64,000 nucleotides of DNA from Gemmatimonadota bacterium. GTDB taxonomy: Bacteria; Latescibacterota; UBA2968; UBA8231. Position numbers and translations under genes: made by a program. Numbering within the stretch: position 1 is the first letter of the stretch; each line of letters begins with the position of its first letter. The notes under the pieces were generated by a model. It was not told where the DNA came from, ran no database searches, and saw nothing but the letters and a program-made list of their open reading frames with translations. The stretch covers positions 98,460 to 162,459 of the forward strand of contig JAYOYH010000003.1 of assembly GCA_038153405.1 (NCBI GenBank), written 5' to 3'. Below, one piece after another: positions 49,208 to 59,976 of this stretch.

Positions 49208-50317
49208 ATGGCAACGCTATACGAAAGACTCGGACTGCGCACCTTTATCAACGCCCGCGGCACCATTACGACGCTCGGGGGATCCATTATGCCTCCCGCC
49301 GTCGTCGAAGCCATGGCCGAAGCGTCTCGCCACTTTGTCCACCTCAACGAACTGCACGAGAAGGCCGGTGCGCGCATTGCCGAACTCACCGGTGCCGAAG
49401 GTGCTTTTATATGCGCGGGCGCCGCCAGTGGCCTACTCTTGGCCGGCGCCGCCTGTCTAGCTGGAGAGGACGTCGAGGCGATCCAAAAGCTACCTGACAC
49501 GGGCGACCGTCCCAACGAGTTTGTCATTAGCCTCGTCGATAGTCACTACTATGTTCACCAGGGCTTTGTCGTGTGCGGTGGGCAGCTGGTCAAGGTCGGC
49601 ACGCGCCAGGCCGTCACGCCTCAGGACTACGCCAACGCCCTGGGCAAGCGCACGGCTGCCGTAGTATTTTTCCTAGGCAGCCAGCCCCTCGAACAGCTGC
49701 CTGAAATCATCGCCCTTGCCCACGCGCAACAGGTGCCGGTCATCGTCGATGCCGCCGCCCAACTACCGCCCCGTTCCAACCTGACCGACTTGGCGGCGAT
49801 GGGCGCCGACCTCGTCGTCTTTAGCGGCGGTAAGGGCCTCTTTGGACCGCAGTCGTCGGGCCTGATCTTGGGCCGAGCTGACCTGGTGCGCGCCTGCCAT
49901 CTCAACAGCAATCCCCACTCGGCCGTCGGCCGCGGTATGAAGGTGGGTAAAGAGGAAATCGCCGGACTATTAACGGCGGTCGAGCTCTTTTTTGAAATGG
50001 ACGAAGCGGCCGTCGTGCAGGAGTGGGATCGGCGCTGCCGGCGCATAGCCGAAGCGCTAGCAGGCGTTGGCGGCCTATCGTCGAGCTTCACGCCGGCCTA
50101 CCAGAACACGTTTCCACCCGCATCGCCCCTCCTACATCTGCACTTTGACAAAACGGCGGCAAAAACGGCCGCGCAGGTGCGCATCGAGTTGGAGGAAGGA
50201 ACGCCCTCGATCTTAGCCAGCGGCGGCGATGATAGCATCACCATTGGACCGCAGACGCTGCAAGAAGGCGAAGCCGAAATCATCGCCGAGCGCCTGCGCT
50301 ATATACTCGCGGCTTGA
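49208..50317 (+). CDS. SelA-like PLP-dependent enzyme (DgaE-like, aminotransferase class V fold)
   Basis: ATG at 49208 with AGGAG; INARGT.T.LGGS, IVDAAA, FSGGK, GRGMKVGKEEI. Confidence 0.85.
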   Translation: MATLYERLGLRTFINARGTITTLGGSIMPPAVVEAMAEASRHFVHLNELHEKAGARIAELTGAEGAFICAGAASGLLLAGAACLAGEDVEAIQKLPDTGDRPNEFVISLVDSHYYVHQGFVVCGGQLVKVGTRQAVTPQDYANALGKRTAAVVFFLGSQPLEQLPEIIALAHAQQVPVIVDAAAQLPPRSNLTDLAAMGADLVVFSGGKGLFGPQSSGLILGRADLVRACHLNSNPHSAVGRGMKVGKEEIAGLLTAVELFFEMDEAAVVQEWDRRCRRIAEALAGVGGLSSSFTPAYQNTFPPASPLLHLHFDKTAAKTAAQVRIELEEGTPSILASGGDDSITIGPQTLQEGEAEIIAERLRYILAA

Positions 50318-50362
50318 CGCAATAGGCTGCGCCGATACATTCCCCCTCAAAAGGAGGGCGTT

Positions 50363-50668
50363 ATGATCGAGGACAAAACAAAGCTAACGGCTGAAGAAGT
50401 CGATGCCGAACTCGCATCTCTGGTGGGCTGGCAGCGCGAAGGCACGGTGATATCGCGCGCCTTTACCATGACCAACTTCAAAGACATCACGGCTTTTCTA
50501 AACCATCTGGTGCGCACGATCACCGAGCAGAACCACCATCCCGACTTTTCGCTCGACACTGGCACGCGCACCGTTGCCGTTCACGTTACCACCCACAGCG
50601 AGGGCGCCGTCACGCGCGCCGACCTACTCTTCGCGCGCACGCTCAACGAGTGGCAGCCGGCCTCTTGA
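50363..50668 (+). CDS. Pterin-4-alpha-carbinolamine dehydratase family
   Basis: NHHPD, TTHSEGAVT..D; AAGGAGG RBS. Confidence 0.88.
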   Translation: MIEDKTKLTAEEVDAELASLVGWQREGTVISRAFTMTNFKDITAFLNHLVRTITEQNHHPDFSLDTGTRTVAVHVTTHSEGAVTRADLLFARTLNEWQPAS

Positions 50669-50711
50669 AACCAGCGCCGACCGCATGAGCAGCGGCACCG
50701 AGAGCGAACGG

Positions 50712-51722
50712 TCAAATGGCGACGCGCCGCTGCCCCTTGGCCGACTGGATTTCCTTCAGGCACAGAGCGAGCGAATTGCGCGCGCTCTGACCGCCTAGCG
50801 TAGTAGACGGCTTGCCGGCCTTTACGGAATCGACCATCTCCTGCAGCTCACCGACAAAGCCGTCCTTGCGCGATAGGCGCGGTTGGCGCACCTTGCCGTC
50901 GGCCGTCAGCAGCTGGGGCGGCTTGCCCCACGAGGAATTAAACTTGAGCGCGGCCTTTTCAAAATAAATATCGTAGCCGTGCTCAAACGGACAGCCCTGC
51001 TGCGATAGCCATCCCCCCTCGGCGCTGATCGCCATATTGCCCGAGTATCCATAGTGAGTGTGGATGTACTCAACGGTTTCTCCCTTGCCGATATAGGCCT
51101 GCGATACGACGGACTTCGGCATGCCGAACAGGTACTGGACAAAATCCGCATCGTGAATGTGCAGGTCGATGGCCGGCCCCCCAGTGCGTTTTAAATCGTT
51201 GGCATTCCACCAGGCAGGCCGAGCAATAGCGCGCTTAAAGTGAGCGGCGTGGACCTTGCCGTACTCACCGCTTTCGACAATGTCCTTGGCCAAGCGAAAT
51301 TCGGGGAAGTAGCGCAGCACGTGCGCCACCATAAACTGCCGCCGCTGCTTTTTGGCTGTGGCGATCAACCGATCGGCATCGGGCAGCGACAGCGCGATGG
51401 GTTTTTCTAAAAAAACGTGCTTGCCCGCCTGCAGGGAGCGCAGCGCCGTATCTACGTGCAGCGACGTGGGCAGGCAGATATCGACGACGTCAATCTGCGG
51501 ATCGCCCAGCAGTTCATCTAACGTCCCGTAGGTCTTTACCCGGCTCAGATCCTGAACGCCGCCGCGCCCGCCAAAGTTGCCCTGAATGGCGCTCCAATTA
51601 CCGCGCCGTTTTTTTTCGTCGCGCGTGACAATGGCCGATACGCGCCCGCCGCGCACCTGCTGCAACGCCTTAAAATGCGTTACGCCCATAAATCCAATGC
51701 CGACAATACCCACGTTGACCAT
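50712..51722 (-). CDS. Gfo/Idh/MocA oxidoreductase
   Basis: ATG at 51722 with AAGGAGG; GIVGIGFMG, EKP, DLHIHD. Confidence 0.9.
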   Translation of the reverse strand: MVNVGIVGIGFMGVTHFKALQQVRGGRVSAIVTRDEKKRRGNWSAIQGNFGGRGGVQDLSRVKTYGTLDELLGDPQIDVVDICLPTSLHVDTALRSLQAGKHVFLEKPIALSLPDADRLIATAKKQRRQFMVAHVLRYFPEFRLAKDIVESGEYGKVHAAHFKRAIARPAWWNANDLKRTGGPAIDLHIHDADFVQYLFGMPKSVVSQAYIGKGETVEYIHTHYGYSGNMAISAEGGWLSQQGCPFEHGYDIYFEKAALKFNSSWGKPPQLLTADGKVRQPRLSRKDGFVGELQEMVDSVKAGKPSTTLGGQSARNSLALCLKEIQSAKGQRRVAI

Positions 51723-51782
51723 AGTGTCCTCCTTGGTGTATAGACCTACAATAGACGGCGGCCAAACGGACGTCAAGCGATC

Positions 51783-54700
51783 TCAGCGCACCAGCGCTAG
51801 TGAACCGACTTTGCTCTGTCCCCCGGCTATTATGCGATAGTAGTACACGCCCGAAGCCAGCGGAGTGCCCGCTTCGTTGGCCCCGTCCCACAGCAGACCG
51901 CCGTCGCCGTCGCGCTCCTCCAACCGGCGCAGCACTTGGCCTTGCGCATCGTAGATGGCGACGGTAGACTGCGGCGGCAGAAAGCCAAATACCAGCGAGC
52001 CGCGACGGGCGATATACGGATTGGGAAAAGGGCCCGCGCGACGCAGGTCGGCAGCGGCAAACAGAAAGCGCGATTCGCCGTGCACCGACAAACCATCTTC
52101 GTCCAATAGCCCGTCGACGACCGCCCGGTAGGCGCGCCCGAGCGGTTGCAGGGCATCTTCTTCAGCCAGGGTTAATATTACCCGAGTACCGTCGACGCGA
52201 ACGGCCTCTATAACAATTCCATCGCCCAGCGAGAACGGGCTGACATCCTCGGTCGGCCGTATCGCTTTATCAAAGTCCAGCACGACGCGGTGTGCATCCA
52301 GCGCCTCGGCCCCTAGCAGGCGGGCGCTGCGCGCCTGGGCAACGAGGACAAAGTGGGTAGATGTTTCTGCGAGCAGACCCCCGCCCTCGGCGCGCAGGCC
52401 GTTGGCAATCAATTCGAACGCGCCGGAGTCGGGCAGAACCGATGCAAAGGCCAACACCGCGCGCATTCCCCCCCGGTCAAATACAGCCGATGAAGGGATG
52501 CCTATATGGGGTTCAACCCGAAACCGAAAAGGCTCGTCATCGGCACGCCGCATCGCCTGGCTAAAGGCGACGGCAAGATGCCGCGGCGACAGGCGCGCTA
52601 TCCGCTCAATGCGCGGCTGCGGCTGCGGCACGACGAGAAGCTCGGCGGAAGGCAACCCTAAGGCACCATCGGCTGCAACGGCCCGCACAAGGTAGCGCAG
52701 CGGCGTCTGACCATCGCCCTCTAACACGTCCACATAAGCGGTCTGTCCGCTCTCGCCTACTGCAACCCCGTCGCGATACACTCGGTAGCCGACCGCGCCC
52801 TCTACGGCCTGCCATTCGATCTGCACGCGGTCGCTGGCCAGGGGGAACGCATCGACATTGGCCGGAGGAAAGAGCTCATCGCCCTTCCCTCCATACTGAG
52901 CAACGACGACTCCATCTTCGCCATTGAATCCCAGTTCGGAACGTCCATCGCCGTCGAGATCTCCGAAAAAGGGCCGCTGAGTAGCCACTGCTCGCCCGCG
53001 CCATACCGGCTCGTAGGTATCGGTAGCCGGACTGAAAAAGACGTAGACGTCGGGCACCGCCACCAGCGCCCATTCAATTTGCCCGTCGCCGTTGAGATCG
53101 CCGCAGTGAATGCCGCTGCCGGCAAATGACGTTCCCAGAATGCGCCCCTGCCATTCGAGGGCGTATTGATCGTTGCCCACAGCACCGTATACCTCGACCT
53201 GCCAACCGCGTGCATCGACATTAAACGGGTCGTCGTAAAATCGCCCGACCACGAATTCCATTTGGCCATCGGCATCCAAGTCGACCCCACCGCCCACCGT
53301 GCGCGCGTCGCCGTCGCCGTCGTGTTCCCAGGTCGTGCGATACGTGCCGTTGGCCACGGCCTCAAATACAAATAGATCGCCGTCGCCATCGCCGCCAATC
53401 AGTTCACCGCGCCCGTCGCCGTCCAAGTCGCCAACCACTTGTCGCTGGCCGAGTTCATTGGATCCGTCGCTGGTGCGATTGAGCACTGCCACTTCGACGT
53501 AATCGTTATCGCTCTGCGCTTCAAAGACCTGAACGTAGGAACCCTTTGCCGAGCGCAGCAAGAACTCGTCGCGCCCATCGCCGTCCAAATCGGCGACCTC
53601 TCCCCCCCATACGCCGCGCTGTTCCCAGGCCAACTGACGCGGGAAAGCACCTGGCGATGGGGCCTCAAATAGCCGCACGCGCTGCGCGTCGACGCCCAGC
53701 ACTTCCAGCAGGCCGTCGCCGTCGCCATCGCCTGCGTGCCAGGGAATATACAGCTGCAGCGAAGTAAAGATGCGCGATAGCGCCGAGCCATCTATCTGAT
53801 AGTAGTCAACCGCATTATACTGCAAGCCGCCGCCGTAGCCCATCTGCACCAGTTCCATTTGCCCGTCGCCGTTGGCATCCACCGCGCTCGGCAGGACATA
53901 GCCTGCAGGCAACTCAAACCCGGGGCGCAGCGGCCAGCGTACTATGCTCTCGTTGCGCAGCTCAACGCCCTCAAGGCGCTCCCAAACTCCCCGTTGGCCG
54001 GCGGCCGATTCGGCGCGCGCGGAAATGGTATACACCCCCGTTGGCAGATCGGTCGGTAGGACTACGCGCTGACTGAGCGCGCTGGCTACCTGTGCCTCGT
54101 ACACCACTTGTCCAGCGCGTTCAACAATCAGCCGCCCCGCGCTCTCCCCGGCCGTTTCCCACTCGACGATCTGACGCCAGGCCCCAGCCAGCAGCGCAGG
54201 CGCAGTGCGCAAGCGCAAGATCGGCTCGGCAGACTGCGTCACCCAAACCCGCACGCGGTCCTCCACCCACCGCTGGCCCCAACGAGCGCGCAGCCGCAGC
54301 TGGTACGGTCCTGGCGATAGGCCCTCGGTGAACCAACTCAACCCACCGCGTTCTTCCGCACCCATTGCGCCCGCGGCAATTGCATACCACGCCGGTGGCT
54401 CGCTGCCTGCTCCCCATTCCACCCGCCATTCGTCGACGTCTTCAACGCCCAGTTCGATAGGCACTTCGCCATTGCCAACACCGCCATCTTGGACGGGTTC
54501 GACAATGCGCGCCAGCGGTACGCGGTCCTCTTCGAGTGCAGCAAAGTGCGCCAAACCGGCCCCCGAGTAGCCATCCCACCCCGGCGCCAGCACGTCGACA
54601 GCCGACGCCCGCAGCGCGGCGCGAACCTGCTCGTCGAGCCATTGCGGCTGCCGTCCCAGCAGCAGCGCAGCCAAGCCGGCCACGTGCGGGGCGGCCATTG

Positions 54701-55829
54701 ACGTGCCAGAGCGCTGGACATATCCGCCCCCCGGCAGCAGACCGGCGACGATGTACCCCGGCGCAACGAGATCTATACTCGGTCCGAAGTTGGAAAAAGC
54801 CAGCACCTCGCCACTCGGCGCCGATGCGCCCACCGCAATGGTCTCCGACAGACGAGCGGGAAAGAACACGGCATCTTCGCCCTCGTTGCCCGCGGCTGCG
54901 ACAAGGACGAGACCGGCATCGTGCGCATAGCGCACGGCATCGCGAATGAGGGGGCCGGGACTGGGATCTCCCCAGCTCATATTGATGACGCGCGCGCCGT
55001 TATCAACTGCGTATAGGATGGCCGCGGCAATATCGTCGTCTTCTAAGTACCCCCCTCCCGGCAAATTAAACCCGGCGCGCAGCACCATGATGCGCGCATT
55101 CGACGCCACTCCCGCAACGCCGATGCCATTGTCGGCAACGGCGGCAATAATGCCTGCCACGTGCGTGCCGTGTCCGGATTCGTCGCGCGGATCGCTATCG
55201 CGCTGGAGAAAGTCACCTACCCCCGGCAGTCCAGGCGCATCGCTGAAATCCCAGCCGACTATATCGTCGACATAGCCGTTGCCATCATCGTCGACACCCG
55301 TTACTCCGTCCGCCTCGGCGCGGTTATGCCAAATCTGCCCTTGCAAGTCGGGGTGTTCAATGTCGACACCGGAGTCGATAACCGCTACGATTACTGGGCC
55401 AGCTTCTACATCGGAGCGCCAGCCGATTGCATCCAGTGCCCACTGTTCACCCCGCAGCGAATCGACGCGGGTCGATGCGGGGCGGCGCAACACGTTGGCC
55501 TGTGCCTGTTCCACGCCGTGCCATTGAGCAGCGCGCTGAGCCCAGGCAATGGGGTCGGCCTGTGGGTCAATGGAAACTCGGTACCAGCGCTCCAAGACGT
55601 CTATCGTCGCGCGCTTGGCACGGGGGCGAGCAGCGTGGCTAAAGAGGGGTTCGGGCACCGTCCGCGCGCCCATCGACTGTAGAACGGCCGCCGCATCGCC
55701 TGCCGATTTTGCCGCACCGGCGCGCAGGCGCAGCAGCACTTCTCCCGGCACCACGCCACCGACCTGTGCGTCTACTGCACGGGCCATAATCAGCCCGTAG
55801 ATGAGCAAAACAGTCCATTTCATATGCAT
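51783..55829 (-). CDS. Secreted S8 (subtilase) serine peptidase with FG-GAP repeats, FN3/Ig-like domains and C-terminal FlgD/type-A-CTD-like domain
   Basis: IDSG, HGTHVAG, AAAGN, GTSMAAP catalytic motifs; DxDGDG repeats; ends FPNPY...IYD..G...WDG.N..G..LASGVYYY. Confidence 0.9.
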   Translation of the reverse strand: MHMKWTVLLIYGLIMARAVDAQVGGVVPGEVLLRLRAGAAKSAGDAAAVLQSMGARTVPEPLFSHAARPRAKRATIDVLERWYRVSIDPQADPIAWAQRAAQWHGVEQAQANVLRRPASTRVDSLRGEQWALDAIGWRSDVEAGPVIVAVIDSGVDIEHPDLQGQIWHNRAEADGVTGVDDDGNGYVDDIVGWDFSDAPGLPGVGDFLQRDSDPRDESGHGTHVAGIIAAVADNGIGVAGVASNARIMVLRAGFNLPGGGYLEDDDIAAAILYAVDNGARVINMSWGDPSPGPLIRDAVRYAHDAGLVLVAAAGNEGEDAVFFPARLSETIAVGASAPSGEVLAFSNFGPSIDLVAPGYIVAGLLPGGGYVQRSGTSMAAPHVAGLAALLLGRQPQWLDEQVRAALRASAVDVLAPGWDGYSGAGLAHFAALEEDRVPLARIVEPVQDGGVGNGEVPIELGVEDVDEWRVEWGAGSEPPAWYAIAAGAMGAEERGGLSWFTEGLSPGPYQLRLRARWGQRWVEDRVRVWVTQSAEPILRLRTAPALLAGAWRQIVEWETAGESAGRLIVERAGQVVYEAQVASALSQRVVLPTDLPTGVYTISARAESAAGQRGVWERLEGVELRNESIVRWPLRPGFELPAGYVLPSAVDANGDGQMELVQMGYGGGLQYNAVDYYQIDGSALSRIFTSLQLYIPWHAGDGDGDGLLEVLGVDAQRVRLFEAPSPGAFPRQLAWEQRGVWGGEVADLDGDGRDEFLLRSAKGSYVQVFEAQSDNDYVEVAVLNRTSDGSNELGQRQVVGDLDGDGRGELIGGDGDGDLFVFEAVANGTYRTTWEHDGDGDARTVGGGVDLDADGQMEFVVGRFYDDPFNVDARGWQVEVYGAVGNDQYALEWQGRILGTSFAGSGIHCGDLNGDGQIEWALVAVPDVYVFFSPATDTYEPVWRGRAVATQRPFFGDLDGDGRSELGFNGEDGVVVAQYGGKGDELFPPANVDAFPLASDRVQIEWQAVEGAVGYRVYRDGVAVGESGQTAYVDVLEGDGQTPLRYLVRAVAADGALGLPSAELLVVPQPQPRIERIARLSPRHLAVAFSQAMRRADDEPFRFRVEPHIGIPSSAVFDRGGMRAVLAFASVLPDSGAFELIANGLRAEGGGLLAETSTHFVLVAQARSARLLGAEALDAHRVVLDFDKAIRPTEDVSPFSLGDGIVIEAVRVDGTRVILTLAEEDALQPLGRAYRAVVDGLLDEDGLSVHGESRFLFAAADLRRAGPFPNPYIARRGSLVFGFLPPQSTVAIYDAQGQVLRRLEERDGDGGLLWDGANEAGTPLASGVYYYRIIAGGQSKVGSLALVR

Positions 55830-56000
55830 TGGAAGATAACTACAGCGATCGCTGGAAGGGCAGCAAGCCCTGTAGAAGCAATGGAACCGTTCCCCTTATA
55901 TCTCTGCGCTGCAGCATCGAGCATTGATAACGCAACGCAACGGGTTCGGGACAGGGCCCGTGCAGGGGTGTGCTGCGGCAAGTGGGCGTCTGCCGTGCCG

Positions 56001-59000
56001 CTACGTTAGGTCGCGCAGGCGCTGCGCTACCTCTTTGCACACGCGTTCGGCAGCGCGCTCTTTGACCGCTTCGTAGCCGCGAATTTCATCTGCCATATCG
56101 GCTATCTGCACGCAGGCGCCGTAGTTTTCTTCGCATATATGCGCCAGCGCCGCCTGCACCACTTCTCGATACCAGCCGATGAGTTCGCGCTCGAGTCGTC
56201 GCCCAGATGCCCTGCCAAAGGGGTCGAACGGTCCCCCGCGCAGCACCTTGCCCCTTCGCAGTAAATTCAACACCCCGTGAAACCACCCCCCCAGGGCAAC
56301 CTTCTTACTAAATAGCCAGCGCAGCGAGGGAGGGTGTAGGCGATAGGTCAATTCGACGGGGCCGGCAAAGAGCCCTTTTAGCCTTTCGACATTGCTGTCC
56401 TTAGTCGCCAAACGCGCCACTTCGTATTCATCCTTATAGGCCATCAGACGGTAGAACTGCTTACTCACGGCCTGTGCAAACTCGCCACTCAGCCCCATTT
56501 CCCGCTCTCGATTATACACCGACTCGACAAATTCGACGTAGACGGCGGCGTAGGCGGCATCCTGGTAGGCGCACAATTCGGCGATGCGCACGGCTAGGGC
56601 GGGCTTGCCAGCCTCTGGCCAAGCCCCGTTTAGCACTCCTTCGAGCAGCGCGCTTCCCCGCGCGTTGCCCGCCAGCGCGCGGCGCGCGGCGGCAATGCGC
56701 TGCTGATCGGAGACGACCGACGAGCCCAGAGCCGCCTCGACGCGACCGGGATCGGCCACGGCTAGGCGCCCCCAGCGAAAGGCGCGGATATTATTTTCTA
56801 TCGCTTTGCCGTTGAGCCGTATGGCCTGTTCGATAGAATCGGCCCCAACGGGTATGCAGCCAGACTGGTAGGCCGCACCCAGCAGCAGCATATTGGCGTA
56901 GAGGATGTCGGCAAAGAGCGCTTCGGCTAGCCAATAGGTATCCATGTAGACGCTCTCCCCCTTGCGCACGTGGCGTTCGATCTGCGAGGTGAGCGCATCG
57001 ACGGCAGGAAAGAGCACCTGGCGCGGATTGCGGTTCATTTCTGCCGTCGGCACCTGCGCCGTGCTAACGACGGCGCGCGACACACCGGGAGCGACGTTGC
57101 GCAAATTGCTCTCTTCGGCGGCGCGCAGCAGGTCGAATCCCAAATACAGGTCGACCTGTCCGGGAAATAGGTGGTTAAATACGGGCTGCTCCCCTTCTGC
57201 AATGACGATGGGGGCCTCGACCGGGCCGCCCTTTTGCGCCAGACCCGTGTTGTTCGACAAGTATACGCGCTTGCCCTCCAACATGGCCGCATAGGCCAAT
57301 AGGTGCGAAAGCGTCACCACGCCGGTGCCACCGCGACCAACGGCGAGAATAGAATACCCCGATCCAAGCGGACAGGGAGGCGGTTCGGGCAGATCATCAA
57401 CCGTTTCGGGCGAGCGGCGACGCAGGCCCATGCCCCCCGTATCGCGGACGACGACAAAGGCCGGACACTCGCCGTCGATGCAGAGTTCATCCTGCGCACA
57501 GTTGGCCTGGCGCACTTGGGTCTTTACACCCCACTCGGTTTCGACACTGTGCAGGGCAGCGCAACCTTCCGACTGTCCGTAGCAGTCTCCGCATCCCTCA
57601 CACACTTCGTCGTTGATCAGCACGTAGCGATCGGGCTTGATGCCCTGGCGTCGGTTGCGCCGTCCCCGCTCGGTCGCACACTCCTTGTCCAATAGCAGCA
57701 CGGTAGTCCCAGCAGTGGCCTTGAACTGATCCTGTGCCGCTGCCTGCTCGTCCAGTGTGTAAATCTGCACGCACTCGCTCTTGGGCAAATCGAATTCGGC
57801 ACCCCGCGCCGTGATGACCCCCACCCGCGCCACGCCCAACCCCAACAGTTCCTGCACGACCTCGGGAATGCTGCGCACACCGCCGGGATTCTGCCCCCCC
57901 GTCAGCGCCACAACTCCATTAAAGAGCAGTAAAAAGGTGATGTTTACATCGCTCTGAACGCAGCTTTGAATCGCCCCGCGACCGCTGTGAAAGTAGGACC
58001 CGTCGCCCAAGTATTGGAAAATATGGCGATTGCCGTTAAAGGCGGCCCATCCGCTGTATATCGACCCGCCCGCTCCCATCGTCGGGATGTAAAGCACGCC
58101 GTTGTCGTAGGCGGGAATCGCGCGAATCGATGAGCAGCCAATGGCTCCACCCGGCTTTTCTTTTAGCGTGCGAAAGCTGTTGTAAGGGCACCCTCCGCAC
58201 GACATGGGCGTCACGGTGGGGGTGCCCGAATAGATGCGCCCTTCCAACGCTTGGAGTCGCTCCAACGCCGGCCCGCCGACGCCCAGCCGCCCGGCCAGCA
58301 AGCGCGCTAGTCGTTCCGGGGTGACTTCGCCGTGCGAGGGCACAAACGGAGCGCCTCCCTCATCCCACTGGCCTAGGAACTGCTCCACCTGACTGCCCCA
58401 CAGCGCGGCGCGGACAGCGTCTTCGACAAAGGGTCCCGGCTCTTCGACCAGATAGATAGAGCGGAGCCCTCGGGCAAATCGGCGCACGATCTGTGCATCG
58501 AGCGGATAGGGTGCGCGCAGGTGTAAGATGGGCAGGCGAACGCCGAGATAGTTCAGTGCCTGACGCACATCGGCGTAGCTCTTTCCCGTCGCAATGATGC
58601 CGATTGTGCCACCGGCTTCGGCGTCGACGATGCGGTTGATATCGTTTTGGCGAATGTATTCCTCGGCTAGCGGCAGACGCTCTTCGACCAGCTGCTGCTG
58701 CATGGGCAGGGCGCGCGTAGCCATGACAATGCGGTTAAAAACCTTCTCGTACGAGCGCTCAGGCAGGGCAATATCCGGCCGCACCTGCTGCAAGTCTACC
58801 GTGCTTGCCGCATCGCATACCGGCGTGACCAATTTGAGCGCCGTTACGACACCGGCGTGGCGCGACAGCGCCACGGCATGCAGCCCCAGTTCAATGATTT
58901 CGCCAACGCTAGACGGATAGAAGATGGGCACCATGCAGCTGCGCAGTACGCCGTCGCTGGCCCCAGGTGATACCGAGCTCTTTGACTGGTGGTCTTCACC

Positions 59001-59423
59001 GCTGAGCAGGACCATTGAACCGCGCGCGCTGGTGCCGCTCAGATTGGCCAACCACACCTCGTCGGGCACCCACATCGTACCGTGTGCTTTGCCATACCAA
59101 AAAGCGTCGACGTCGCCGCTTTCGGCAAACTGCGTGCCCAACATGGCCGAGGCCGCCGTTTTTTCGTTGATGCCAAATTGGTGCAGCGTGCGACCGCGCT
59201 CGTTGAGAACACTCATCTGTTCGACCAATTTTAGGTCGAGACCGCCCAGCGGCGACCCCTCGTAGCCGCTCACGTAGGTTTGATTGACTTGGCCCAATTG
59301 CGCATCGCGCCGCTGCTTCTCTACGATCAGGCGCACGATGGCTTCCATCCCGGTCAAAAAGACGGTGCCTTCATCCTTCTCGTACTTGTCGTCCAGTCTT
59401 AGTTCCACATGCGCTCGATCCAC
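56001..59423 (-). CDS. Indolepyruvate:ferredoxin oxidoreductase family protein (fused subunits)
   Basis: SGYEGSPLGG, CGGCPYN, GDGSYFHSG, CEGCGDC, GRGGTGVVT, GLAQKGGPV, AYKDEYEVARL. Confidence 0.9.
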   Translation of the reverse strand: MDRAHVELRLDDKYEKDEGTVFLTGMEAIVRLIVEKQRRDAQLGQVNQTYVSGYEGSPLGGLDLKLVEQMSVLNERGRTLHQFGINEKTAASAMLGTQFAESGDVDAFWYGKAHGTMWVPDEVWLANLSGTSARGSMVLLSGEDHQSKSSVSPGASDGVLRSCMVPIFYPSSVGEIIELGLHAVALSRHAGVVTALKLVTPVCDAASTVDLQQVRPDIALPERSYEKVFNRIVMATRALPMQQQLVEERLPLAEEYIRQNDINRIVDAEAGGTIGIIATGKSYADVRQALNYLGVRLPILHLRAPYPLDAQIVRRFARGLRSIYLVEEPGPFVEDAVRAALWGSQVEQFLGQWDEGGAPFVPSHGEVTPERLARLLAGRLGVGGPALERLQALEGRIYSGTPTVTPMSCGGCPYNSFRTLKEKPGGAIGCSSIRAIPAYDNGVLYIPTMGAGGSIYSGWAAFNGNRHIFQYLGDGSYFHSGRGAIQSCVQSDVNITFLLLFNGVVALTGGQNPGGVRSIPEVVQELLGLGVARVGVITARGAEFDLPKSECVQIYTLDEQAAAQDQFKATAGTTVLLLDKECATERGRRNRRQGIKPDRYVLINDEVCEGCGDCYGQSEGCAALHSVETEWGVKTQVRQANCAQDELCIDGECPAFVVVRDTGGMGLRRRSPETVDDLPEPPPCPLGSGYSILAVGRGGTGVVTLSHLLAYAAMLEGKRVYLSNNTGLAQKGGPVEAPIVIAEGEQPVFNHLFPGQVDLYLGFDLLRAAEESNLRNVAPGVSRAVVSTAQVPTAEMNRNPRQVLFPAVDALTSQIERHVRKGESVYMDTYWLAEALFADILYANMLLLGAAYQSGCIPVGADSIEQAIRLNGKAIENNIRAFRWGRLAVADPGRVEAALGSSVVSDQQRIAAARRALAGNARGSALLEGVLNGAWPEAGKPALAVRIAELCAYQDAAYAAVYVEFVESVYNREREMGLSGEFAQAVSKQFYRLMAYKDEYEVARLATKDSNVERLKGLFAGPVELTYRLHPPSLRWLFSKKVALGGWFHGVLNLLRRGKVLRGGPFDPFGRASGRRLERELIGWYREVVQAALAHICEENYGACVQIADMADEIRGYEAVKERAAERVCKEVAQRLRDLT

Positions 59424-59605
59424 ACAGCGTGCACTCCACTTTCTTCCGGCTGATTATACGCAGGCCACTCAGGGCGAGCAAGCCACCCAAACAGCGGTCC
59501 GGAGCAAAGGGCGATTTGCCCATCGGCGATACATCGCACTATATTTCTATATTATAATAGACGAGCATATTCAACTACCGCACAACCGCCAACATCAGGT
59601 GAAAC

Positions 59606-59896
59606 ATGGCTGAGAATATTGACGAACTTACGATCCACTACGAAGAAGACGGGCGCGTGCTGCGCAAAGAACTGGCCAAGGAAGCGTTGAGCAAAGGCTC
59701 TTGGGCGACGATTATGTACCTGTATCAGGACTTGGATCGCAAGACGGATGAGTACGGCCCGCAGAAGATTTCCATTCGCCGCTATCAAAAGCGCGAAGGC
59801 ACCTTTATTCAGCGCAGCAAATTCGAAATTTCCAGCGCCAACCAAGCGCGCGCCATCTGCGCCAAAATCGAGGATTGGTTTCCCCAAGAAGACTGA
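59606..59896 (+). CDS. Conserved hypothetical protein
   Basis: AGGTG RBS; LSKGSWATIMY.YQ, ISIRRYQK, SKFEISS. Confidence 0.75.
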   Translation: MAENIDELTIHYEEDGRVLRKELAKEALSKGSWATIMYLYQDLDRKTDEYGPQKISIRRYQKREGTFIQRSKFEISSANQARAICAKIEDWFPQED

Positions 59897-59976
59897 TCGT
59901 TCGCTCCTGAACCATCCGCCGAGTGTCCCCGCCGGAGCGTTTCCGCTCTCGCAGGGGCTTTTCTGAAGACGCTGCC

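Noticed and set aside
49208..50317. Selenocysteine synthase selA
   Set aside because: Shorter than SelA, with DgaE-like motifs; no selB, selC or selD nearby.
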